A DNA stretch of 64,000 nt from Kiritimatiellia bacterium (GTDB lineage: Bacteria; Verrucomicrobiota; Kiritimatiellia; CAIQIC01; Lenti-01), in assembly GCA_017540905.1 (NCBI GenBank), contig JAFYAC010000097.1:8383-72382 (forward strand), written 5' to 3'. The stretch's first letter is position 1; each line of letters begins with the position of its first letter. A program made the translations under genes and the position numbers. The notes under the pieces were generated by a model. That model was not told the DNA's origin. It worked only from the letters and a program-made list of their open reading frames with translations, and made no database searches. This document shows positions 7,878-15,713 of this stretch, in pieces.

Positions 7878-10592
7878 TCAGAAGGGCACCACCCGGATGT
7901 CGCGCATGTAGACGCCGAGTTCGCGGTCGTCGGCCATGCCGTGGCGGGCGGGGTTCCAGGTGTCGGTCTCGAAGAGCAGGAGATTGGGCTCGGCCAGCAA
8001 TCCGGCCGGTATGCGGGCGACCAGCCCGGAGTCCGTCACTTCCGATTCCAGCACCTGGCCGTTCAGGGAGACGGTCGGCACCGCCCGGGGCACCTCGTCG
8101 GGACGGTACTGCGAGTAGTTCACCTCCAGGCGGTAATCCTTCCCCCCCGTGATGGGCAGGTACGCCAGGGTCCGCCCCTTGGTCCACCGGCCGTGTTTCG
8201 GCGAATTCGCCTGCTCACGCCCGTGGAAGCCGTCCCGCAGCAGCACGCCGTCGTCGGTGTTGCCGACGCGGATGTGCAGCGATTCCACGTCCCGGAGGAC
8301 GCGGACCGCCAGCTTCCCAAGCTGCAGGTTCGCATGGCGCGGATTGCCCAGGATCGCCTTGGGGAAGTCCACCTCGCGCTCGGCATGGATGTGCAGCACC
8401 CGGGGCGGGCGCGGAAGGTTCGCCAGCTTGAAGTTGAACGGCTGGAGGTGCGCCAGGAAAGGCTTGCGGTCGGTGGCGGGCGCGACTTCCGGGAATTCCG
8501 GCACCGACACGGTCACCGCCAGCCGCCCCTCCGGGTCGTTGTGCAGCGTGGTCAAGGTCAGTTCGACCAGGTAGTCCGCCCCGGCCGCCCACACCCCTTC
8601 CGGCAACCGCACGTCCCCGTCCCCGCCGAACTCGCGCGCGATGCCCGGCGCCGGCCAGTACGGGAACTCGCGGTCCAGCCCCGACAGATGGTCGAACCGC
8701 CGGAATTCCTCCGAGAGGTACGCCACCGCGGACGGGACCCGGCGGGCGCCGAACTCCATCTCCAGCGGCATGTCCGGATGCAGCCACACGGGCCGGAAAA
8801 CGTCCGGGATGGGCCCGTCGGCCGCCACCCGGAGCACAAACACGCCGTTTTCGTCCGCCGAATCCAGCCACGCCCGCGGCACGGACAGGAACTGGTATCC
8901 CGGCTCCAGCCGTTCCGCCAGCACCCGTTCGCCCAAGGTCACGCGCAGGGGCTTCGCCGCCGCGCTCTCCGGCACGTCCAGGCGCAGCAGGGCGTAGGGC
9001 GGCTGCGGCAGCATCGCGGACTCCGGCGGCGGCGGCAGCTTGTACTGCACGAACCACTCGGACCAGCGCTCCACCCACCGCAGGCGGTACCGGCTCATCC
9101 CCAGGCGGAAGCCGCTGTCCGGCACGTCCTCCAGGTGCGCCCAGCGCGACAGCAGGCGGTTCGCCGGCAACCCCGTCGCCGCCCAGTGCAGCGCCAGCTC
9201 GTTCAGCGGCTGCACGAAGGCCAGCGGCGGCTCCTGGACGCAGGATTCCGCGTTTTCGCGGTCCACCGCCCGCACGTCCCAGTCCGTGAACACCTCCAGG
9301 ACGTCCGTCAGGAACCGCGCGCGGCCGTCCACCAGAATCGGACGCCCGTCCGCGACCCACGGCGAAATCACTTCCAGCGCGCGCTTCACGTCCCCGCGGC
9401 GGGCCTGCACGCCCCAGGGGCCGATGTCCCCGACGACCCGCGCGGACCACGCCGCGAGCGCCGCCCAGACCGCCGCGCGGCCGGCCATCCACGCCCGCCT
9501 CCGCCACTTCGCCGGCCATTCCGCCCGCGCCATCGCCCTGCGGGCCGCCCGCCACGCCGCCCCCGCGGCCTCGCACGCGCCCAGCATCGCCACCGGGGAC
9601 AGGAAGAACAGCGTGGACATGAAGAAGCGCCGGTGCGCCTTGAGCATGCCGTCGAACAGCAGGTACGACAGCGCCGGCACCAGGAACAGCAGCAGGTAGC
9701 CCCGGTTCCGGCGCCGCACCGACAGGACGACGCCCCACAGCAGCGCCGCGAACCCGATCCACCCCAGCTCGCTTGGAATCCACCCCATCATCTCCAACAG
9801 GGGGGACGAGCGGTTGAACAGGTTGGGGAGGAATCCCATCATGTAGCCCACCTGCCCGCTGGCCCGCACCAGCCCCAGCGCCCAGGCCGCCGCCAACGCC
9901 GCCGCGCCCGCCGCCAGCGTCCCGGCAAAAAGCCCGACCAGCAGCCACCGGCCGCGCCCCTTGCCCACCGCCCCCGCGGGGCCGATCCACCCCAGCGCGT
10001 CCGCCAGCAGGTACAACCCCATCGCCGGCAAAATCAGCGCCCCCGTTTCCCGGACGAACTCTCCCGCGACCACCCACAGTAGGGAGCCGCCCAGCCACGC
10101 CGCCGCCCGCCCCGGCTTCCCGGCCGCGCGCCGCGACACCGCCCGCTCCAGGCACAGCAGCGCCAGCGTCGACGCCAGGTACACCGGCGTCTGCCGGAAC
10201 ACCCACAGCAGGAAATGCGGATTGTACGGGCTCCCGCCCAACATCAGCAGCGCCGACCCCGCCGCCACCACGGCCCCGCGGGTCCAATCCCTCGACAGGC
10301 GCCCCGCCAGCGCCCCCAGCGCCGCCACCAGCAGCGCGAACAGCGGGATGTTCGTCCAGAACGCCGCGTGCACGCCGCAGACCTTCATCACCCCCGCCAG
10401 CACCAGCGGCCACCCCGGCACCACCAGCCAGCCGTCCCCGCCGCCGAGCCCCTCCTTCAGGATCCGCTTCGCCAGCAGCAGGTACGTCTTCGGATCCTGC
10501 CCCGTCGCGTAGGTGTGGACCTTCGTGTACGCCCACAGGGTGCAGGCCGCCACCGCCGCCCAAAACAAAATCCTCATCCACCGCTTTTTCAT
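7878..10592 (-). CDS. Polytopic membrane protein, GT-C-like N-terminal half plus a large C-terminal domain; paralog 2
   Basis: The start is placed at MKKRWMRILFW (ATG 10590-10592) by alignment with MKRHWQRILYW of paralog 1. The two are collinear over the full length. Confidence 0.65.
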   Translation of the reverse strand: MKKRWMRILFWAAVAACTLWAYTKVHTYATGQDPKTYLLLAKRILKEGLGGGDGWLVVPGWPLVLAGVMKVCGVHAAFWTNIPLFALLVAALGALAGRLSRDWTRGAVVAAGSALLMLGGSPYNPHFLLWVFRQTPVYLASTLALLCLERAVSRRAAGKPGRAAAWLGGSLLWVVAGEFVRETGALILPAMGLYLLADALGWIGPAGAVGKGRGRWLLVGLFAGTLAAGAAALAAAWALGLVRASGQVGYMMGFLPNLFNRSSPLLEMMGWIPSELGWIGFAALLWGVVLSVRRRNRGYLLLFLVPALSYLLFDGMLKAHRRFFMSTLFFLSPVAMLGACEAAGAAWRAARRAMARAEWPAKWRRRAWMAGRAAVWAALAAWSARVVGDIGPWGVQARRGDVKRALEVISPWVADGRPILVDGRARFLTDVLEVFTDWDVRAVDRENAESCVQEPPLAFVQPLNELALHWAATGLPANRLLSRWAHLEDVPDSGFRLGMSRYRLRWVERWSEWFVQYKLPPPPESAMLPQPPYALLRLDVPESAAAKPLRVTLGERVLAERLEPGYQFLSVPRAWLDSADENGVFVLRVAADGPIPDVFRPVWLHPDMPLEMEFGARRVPSAVAYLSEEFRRFDHLSGLDREFPYWPAPGIAREFGGDGDVRLPEGVWAAGADYLVELTLTTLHNDPEGRLAVTVSVPEFPEVAPATDRKPFLAHLQPFNFKLANLPRPPRVLHIHAEREVDFPKAILGNPRHANLQLGKLAVRVLRDVESLHIRVGNTDDGVLLRDGFHGREQANSPKHGRWTKGRTLAYLPITGGKDYRLEVNYSQYRPDEVPRAVPTVSLNGQVLESEVTDSGLVARIPAGLLAEPNLLLFETDTWNPARHGMADDRELGVYMRDIRVVPF

Positions 10593-10749
10593 TTTCGCGA
10601 GCCTACTACACACGGCATTCATCTCCAACCTCTTTTTTCCTCATCTCCCGGGCGGCGGTTCCATCGCCGGACGGCCTCCGCCCGCCCGTTTTTCCCCCCC
10701 CGCAAGTTTTGGGTTGCGGCGCGGCGCGCGATGGGCGAACATCCGGCGC

Positions 10750-12612
10750 ATGACAGAAGACCACAACATCCAGGAACCGCCCCGCGCCTGGCGCTGGGGG
10801 CATTTGGCATTGTTCATCGCGGTGGGCCTCGCATGGCTGGGCCTGTCCTTCTTCAACCTGTGGATGGGAGAGCTCAACCAGGACGAAGGCTGGTACCTCT
10901 ACGCCGCGAAGCAGCTCGCGGCGGGGCGCCTGCCCTACCGGGACTTCGCCTTCACGCAAGCCCCGCTCGTGCCGCTGGCCTACGCGGCGTGCCTGAACTG
11001 GATCGACGCGCACGGCATCCTGGGCGGCCGCATCCTCACGTGGCTGTTCGGGACCCTCGGCGCGCTCGCGGCGCTGTTCACGGCGATGCGCGCCGGCCCC
11101 CGCACCGCGCAGCGGCTGGCGGGCGGGCTGTGCCTGATCCTGGTGGCGCTGAACGTCTTCCAGTCCTACTACACGGTCGTCGTGAAAACCTACGCGCTGG
11201 CGTCCGTCCTCCTCGGCGCGGGGGTCCTGGCGATTTCGTTCGTCGGCACCCGCCGCGGCGGGCGCGCTGCGCTGCTGGCGGGCCTGCTGCTGGCGGGCGC
11301 CACGGCCGTGCGCATCTCGATGGGCGCCGCCCTGGCCCTCGCCGGGCTGTACCTGCTGCTCGTCCGCCGCCGCGTCCGGCGCTGGGCCTGGCTGGACTTC
11401 ACCCTGGGCGGCGCCGTCGGCCTGGCCGGGTTCATGCTGCCGTTCTGGCTGGTGGGGGGCGAAGGCTTCCGCTTCGGCGTCCTGGAATACCACTCCCTGC
11501 GCGACGCGGGTCCCCTCTTCACCCAGCTCGCCTACAAGGCCGGTTGCCTCTCCCGCCTCTGCCAGGACTACTTCCCCGCGGCCGCCGGCTCCCTGGCCCT
11601 GCTCGTCGCGGCCCTGCTGCACGCCGCCCGCCGCGGCGCGCCCGCCGCCGAGTCCCGTCCCGTGCAGGCCGATCCGCCGGTCTCCGACCTGCCCCCGGGC
11701 TACACCCCCTTCCTCTGGGCCACCGCGCTGGTCCTGGGCCTCGTCCACCTCGCGGCCCCGTTCCCCTACGACGACTACCTCGTCCCCGTCTATCCCGTCT
11801 TCTGCGCGGCCTTTTCCGCGACGGCGGTCCGCTGGTGGCTCCGCACCGAGCGCCGGCGCTTCGCCGACGCCTCCCCCACCCTGCGCAGCGCGCGGCGCCT
11901 GGCGCTGCTGGTCTTCGCGGCGCTTTTGTGCGGGCTGCACGCCTTCTCCTCCCCGCGGCTGCAGGACTCCTTCCTGGCGGGACGCGACCGCATCTGGTGG
12001 AACCTGCGCGAACAGAGCCCCGTCGCCCAGCTCCGCGAGACCGCCCAGTGGGTGCGCGAACTGACCGCCGGCGATTCCGGCACCGAGCTGCTGACCCAGG
12101 ACACCTACCTGGCGGTCGAAGCCAACCTCCCCGTGCCGCACGGCCTGGAGATGGGCCCCTTCAGCTACTGCCCCGACTGGCCGCGCGACAAGGCCGCCCG
12201 CCTGGGCGTCGTCAACCGCGACATGCTCTGCGACCTCCTCGCCTCCGGCACCAACGCCCCCATCGCGGCCCTCAGCGGCTACTCCCTTTCCATCCGCTCC
12301 CCTGAAGTCCTGCCCGTCACCACCGAGGACGCCCTCCTCTTCCGCTCCCTCCTCGACGAACACTTCGACCTGGTCGAAACCATCCCCTCCTTCGGCCAGG
12401 CCGCCACCCCCCTGGAAATCTGGCGCCGCACCAATCCCGACCTCGACGAAGACTCCCCCAAGCCCGCCCCCCCCGAAGAGGAAGAGGACGAGGACGAAGA
12501 GCCCCCCTCCGCGGAAGAAGACGCCCCCGCCCCCGCCCTCCCACCCCTTCCTGACGGCGGGCTGTCAGCCCGCCGCCCCGCAAACTCGTCTCTCGTCACT
12601 CGTCACTCGTAA
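10750..12612 (+). CDS. GT-C family glycosyltransferase (PMT_2 / ArnT-like, dolichyl- or undecaprenyl-phosphate-sugar dependent)
   Basis: Starts at MTEDHNIQ (ATG 10750). It has the GELNQDEGWYLYAAKQLAAGRLPYRDF motif typical of the family, followed by many TM helices. It ends with an acidic Glu/Asp/Pro tail, and the last about 12 codons are supplied by a REP-like repeat. Confidence 0.7.
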   Translation: MTEDHNIQEPPRAWRWGHLALFIAVGLAWLGLSFFNLWMGELNQDEGWYLYAAKQLAAGRLPYRDFAFTQAPLVPLAYAACLNWIDAHGILGGRILTWLFGTLGALAALFTAMRAGPRTAQRLAGGLCLILVALNVFQSYYTVVVKTYALASVLLGAGVLAISFVGTRRGGRAALLAGLLLAGATAVRISMGAALALAGLYLLLVRRRVRRWAWLDFTLGGAVGLAGFMLPFWLVGGEGFRFGVLEYHSLRDAGPLFTQLAYKAGCLSRLCQDYFPAAAGSLALLVAALLHAARRGAPAAESRPVQADPPVSDLPPGYTPFLWATALVLGLVHLAAPFPYDDYLVPVYPVFCAAFSATAVRWWLRTERRRFADASPTLRSARRLALLVFAALLCGLHAFSSPRLQDSFLAGRDRIWWNLREQSPVAQLRETAQWVRELTAGDSGTELLTQDTYLAVEANLPVPHGLEMGPFSYCPDWPRDKAARLGVVNRDMLCDLLASGTNAPIAALSGYSLSIRSPEVLPVTTEDALLFRSLLDEHFDLVETIPSFGQAATPLEIWRRTNPDLDEDSPKPAPPEEEEDEDEEPPSAEEDAPAPALPPLPDGGLSARRPANSSLVTRHS

Positions 12613-12626
12613 TTCCTTTCCCCTCC

Positions 12627-13403
12627 GTGCGCCTGAGCATCGTCATCCCCGCCTACAACGAAGAAGCCCGCATCGGCCGGATGCTCGACGCCTACCTCCC
12701 CTACTTCGAGGCCCGCTACCCCTCCGACCACGAATTCATCGTCTCCGTCAACGGCTCCACCGACGGCACGGAAGCCGTCGTCCGCTCCCGCATGGCCGCG
12801 CACCCCGCCCTGCGCATCACCGTCGATCCCGCGCCCATCGGCAAGGGCGGCGCCGTGATGGCCGGCGGACGCCTCGCCCGCGGCGACCTCGTGGGCTTCG
12901 TGGACGCCGACGGCGCCACCCCGCCGGAAGCCTTCGACGATCTGGTTGCGAACATCGGCGGCGCCGGCCTCGTCATCGCTTCCCGCGCCCTGCCCGGCTC
13001 CGTCATCTCCCCCCGCCCCGGCTTCCGCCGCCGCATGGCCTCCCGCATCTTCAACGCCCTCGTCCGCTGCCTCTTCAAGCTCCACATCACCGACACCCAG
13101 TGCGGGGCCAAGCTCATGACCGCCGAAGCCTGGCACGCCATCGTCCCCACCATCGGCATCACCCGCTGGGCATTCGACGTCGACATGCTCTTCAAGACCC
13201 GCCGCGCCAAATACCCCATCCGCGAAATCCCGACCACCTGGCGCGACGTCTCCGGCTCCAAGGTCGAGCTCGCGCGCGCCTCCTTCCAGATGGCCCTGGC
13301 GATCGTCCGCCTGCGCCTCCTCTACTCCCCCTTCCGGTTCGTCGTCCGCCTCTACGACCGCCTCCTCGGCCGCGTCATCCCCCTCGACCCCTACGGCGGC
13401 TGA
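12627..13403 (+). CDS. GT2 polyprenyl-phosphate glycosyltransferase (GtrB / DPM1 / ArnC-like)
   Basis: 258 aa with a GTG start. It contains SIVIPAYNEE, DADG and TDTQCGAKL motifs characteristic of GT2 polyprenol-phosphate sugar transferases. Confidence 0.85.
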   Translation: MRLSIVIPAYNEEARIGRMLDAYLPYFEARYPSDHEFIVSVNGSTDGTEAVVRSRMAAHPALRITVDPAPIGKGGAVMAGGRLARGDLVGFVDADGATPPEAFDDLVANIGGAGLVIASRALPGSVISPRPGFRRRMASRIFNALVRCLFKLHITDTQCGAKLMTAEAWHAIVPTIGITRWAFDVDMLFKTRRAKYPIREIPTTWRDVSGSKVELARASFQMALAIVRLRLLYSPFRFVVRLYDRLLGRVIPLDPYGG

Positions 13404-13405
13404 CC

Positions 13406-14668
13406 ATGCCCCTGCCCCGCGACGATTCCGGACTCCTCCGCCACGGCGCGCTGATGGTGGTCGGCACCCTTGCCGGCGCCGCCTGCAACGCCGGGTTCCA
13501 CATGGTCTCCGGACGGTTGCTCGACGCCTCCGCCTACGGGGCGCTGGTCGCGATGCTCGGCATCGTCCTGGCCTTCTCCCAGCCCATGCTGGCGCTCCAG
13601 AACACCCTCGCCCACCGCATCGCCCTCCTCTGCCGGGACGGGCGCCGCTCCGACGTCCCCGCCTGCTTCCGCCGCTGGCTTCCCTGGCCCGTCCTGCTGG
13701 CCGTGCCCCTGCTGCCCGCCGCCGCGTGGCTCTTCCGCGCGCCCCTCGGCGCCTTCTGGAACACCGACGGGCGACTCGTCGTCCTCACCGCCGCCATCCT
13801 GCCCCTCACCATGGGCATGAGCCTGTTCAGCGGCCTCTGGCAGGGAATGCAGTCGTTCTTCTGGCTCGCCTTCGCCCCCCAGGCCTGGGGCGTCGTACGA
13901 CTGCTGCTTGGCACCGCCCTCATGTTCGCCGGCTTCCGCACCGCCACCGCGGCCCTCTCCGCCCAGTTCGCCGGCGTCCTCCTCGTCCTCCTCCTCGGCG
14001 GCCTCTACCTCCTCCGCCTCCCCCGCGCCCCATCGCCGGCCCAAGCCTTGCGGGAGCCCGGACCCGGGCATGCCTCCTCCGGACGCTACCTCGTCCTCTC
14101 CTGCCTCTCCCTGGTCGCCTACGGCCTCCTCATGAACCTCGACACCGCCCTCGCCAAGCACTGGTTTCCCGCCGACGCCGCCGGCCTTTTCGCGAAGGCC
14201 GCGACCATCGCCCGCACCGCCGTGTTCCTGCCCGTCCCCATCGCCGCCGCCCTCTTCCCGAAAGTCGCCTCCGACGGCACCCTCCCGCCCGGAAGCGCCC
14301 AACTCCTCCGCCGCGCCCTCCTCTACGCGGGGCTCCTGGTCGCGGCGGCGGCGGCGGTCTGCGTCGCCCTCCCGTCCCTTCCCTGGCTCATTCTCTACGG
14401 CCCCTGCCCCGCCGACCTCCAATCCCAGGCCCACCTCCTGGTCCGCGCCATGACCCTGGCCATGGGCCCGCTCGCCCTCGCCTACCTGCTGCTCAACTTC
14501 GAGATGGCCCAGAACCGATTCCGCCGCCCGCTCCTCCTCCTCCCCTGCGCCCTCCTCTACATCCTCGGCACCGCCCTTCTCCGCGCCCCCCTCGCCCTCC
14601 TGTCCATCCCCGCCTCCCTCCTCTCCGCCTCCCTCCTCTCCCTCCTCCTCCTCTCCCGCCGCCCCTGA
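13406..14668 (+). CDS. MOP/Wzx-type polysaccharide or lipid-linked-sugar flippase
   Basis: Starts at MPLPRDD (ATG 13406, 2 nt after the GT2 stop). About 420 aa and almost entirely TM helices. The assignment rests on composition and context. Confidence 0.6.
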   Translation: MPLPRDDSGLLRHGALMVVGTLAGAACNAGFHMVSGRLLDASAYGALVAMLGIVLAFSQPMLALQNTLAHRIALLCRDGRRSDVPACFRRWLPWPVLLAVPLLPAAAWLFRAPLGAFWNTDGRLVVLTAAILPLTMGMSLFSGLWQGMQSFFWLAFAPQAWGVVRLLLGTALMFAGFRTATAALSAQFAGVLLVLLLGGLYLLRLPRAPSPAQALREPGPGHASSGRYLVLSCLSLVAYGLLMNLDTALAKHWFPADAAGLFAKAATIARTAVFLPVPIAAALFPKVASDGTLPPGSAQLLRRALLYAGLLVAAAAAVCVALPSLPWLILYGPCPADLQSQAHLLVRAMTLAMGPLALAYLLLNFEMAQNRFRRPLLLLPCALLYILGTALLRAPLALLSIPASLLSASLLSLLLLSRRP

Positions 14669-14710
14669 CCCTCCTCCTCCCCCCTTCCCCCCCAGCCCAC
14701 ACCATGCAAC

Positions 14711-14733
14711 GAGATTATGGAAAATGATTGACA
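14711..14733 (+). promoter_or_regulatory. GAGATTATGGAAAA motif abutting a TTGACA hexamer upstream of the 14765 gene
   Basis: GAGATTATGGAAAATGATTGACA. TTGACA at 14728-14733 ends 31 nt before the ATG. The same TTGACAATCC hexamer context is seen at 30770-30779 (minus strand). Confidence 0.3.
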
Positions 14734-14764
14734 ATCCCACCAATCCCCCCCATCCTCTCCCCCC

Positions 14765-15709
14765 ATGAAAACCGAGATCAACCGCACCTTCGACAACACC
14801 GCCAGGACCCTCGCCGCTATCGACAACGCCTTTCGCGACGCCGGAGCCGCCGCCCACAACAACGACTGGCTGCTCCTCATGGCCATCACGCCGCCCATCC
14901 TCGCCGCGTTCGCCGTCACCGAAATCGGCGCCTGGGCCATCGCCGAACTCGGACGCCAAATCCGCATCCACGAAAGGCGCCCCGCCTCCCCCTCCCTCCG
15001 CGGCACGCCGACGGCGAAGGAACTGGCCGACGACTGGGCCAACCAACCCCGCACCCTCGAAACCTGCCTGCGCCTCGGCTCCCGCCTGGCCGACCTCGAT
15101 CCCACGCTCGACCACTCGCTCGTCCGTAAGCCCGACGCCTCCGGACGCCTCGTCATCCGTGCCCGGAAAGGCGGCATGAAAGGCTGGCTGGAAGACCACC
15201 GCGTCGCTGTCGGCTACTCCACCGTCATGCGCTACAAAAAGCTCACCCAGCGCCTCCGCCAGATCCTTGCCCTCGACGACCGCCTCCCGCTCGAATGGGT
15301 GATGTCCGGCGTCCCCGCCGACCACTCCCTTCCCTCCGATCTCACCGCCCCCTGCGCCGCCGCCGCCCGCCGCCTCGCCAAGCTCCTCCGCGAGAACCGG
15401 ACGCTGGTCGCCCTCACGCGCGCCGTCGAAAAAGCCCTCGGCATCGTGCGCCTCGTGGCGGTGCGGAAGGCCCCGGTCTATCGCCGTCCACACGGCCTGA
15501 AAAAGAGAAAAACGCCTGCTTTTTCCGTAATCTTACGAGGCCGGACGGCGACCGTGGACAATGCACGGCTGGAGGCGACGCGGACAGCCATGGGCCGGCT
15601 TCTGGCGGCGAAAAACCTCGCGGGCCCCGCCCTCCATCTTCGCAACCGGATCGCCCATTGGCTGTCGGGCGTGGCATCGGGCCACACGACTCCGGGCGGT
15701 GGAGTGTAG
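14765..15709 (+). CDS. Hypothetical protein, member of a paralog family (second copy at 62937-63929)
   Basis: 314 aa. It shares the block LGSRLADL(D/E)PTLD ... GMKGW ... YKKL..RLRQ..LD.R(I/L)PLEW with the 62937 gene (roughly half the residues identical by eye). I recognise no domain. Confidence 0.6.
   Translation: MKTEINRTFDNTARTLAAIDNAFRDAGAAAHNNDWLLLMAITPPILAAFAVTEIGAWAIAELGRQIRIHERRPASPSLRGTPTAKELADDWANQPRTLETCLRLGSRLADLDPTLDHSLVRKPDASGRLVIRARKGGMKGWLEDHRVAVGYSTVMRYKKLTQRLRQILALDDRLPLEWVMSGVPADHSLPSDLTAPCAAAARRLAKLLRENRTLVALTRAVEKALGIVRLVAVRKAPVYRRPHGLKKRKTPAFSVILRGRTATVDNARLEATRTAMGRLLAAKNLAGPALHLRNRIAHWLSGVASGHTTPGGGV
15519..15555. repeat. Long copy of the TTTTCCGTAATCT motif element
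   Basis: CTTTTTCCGTAATCTTACGAGGCCGGACGGCGACCG matches 18686-18721 with a few mismatches. It lies inside the 3' end of the 14765 CDS. Confidence 0.6.
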
Positions 15710-15713
15710 TCCT

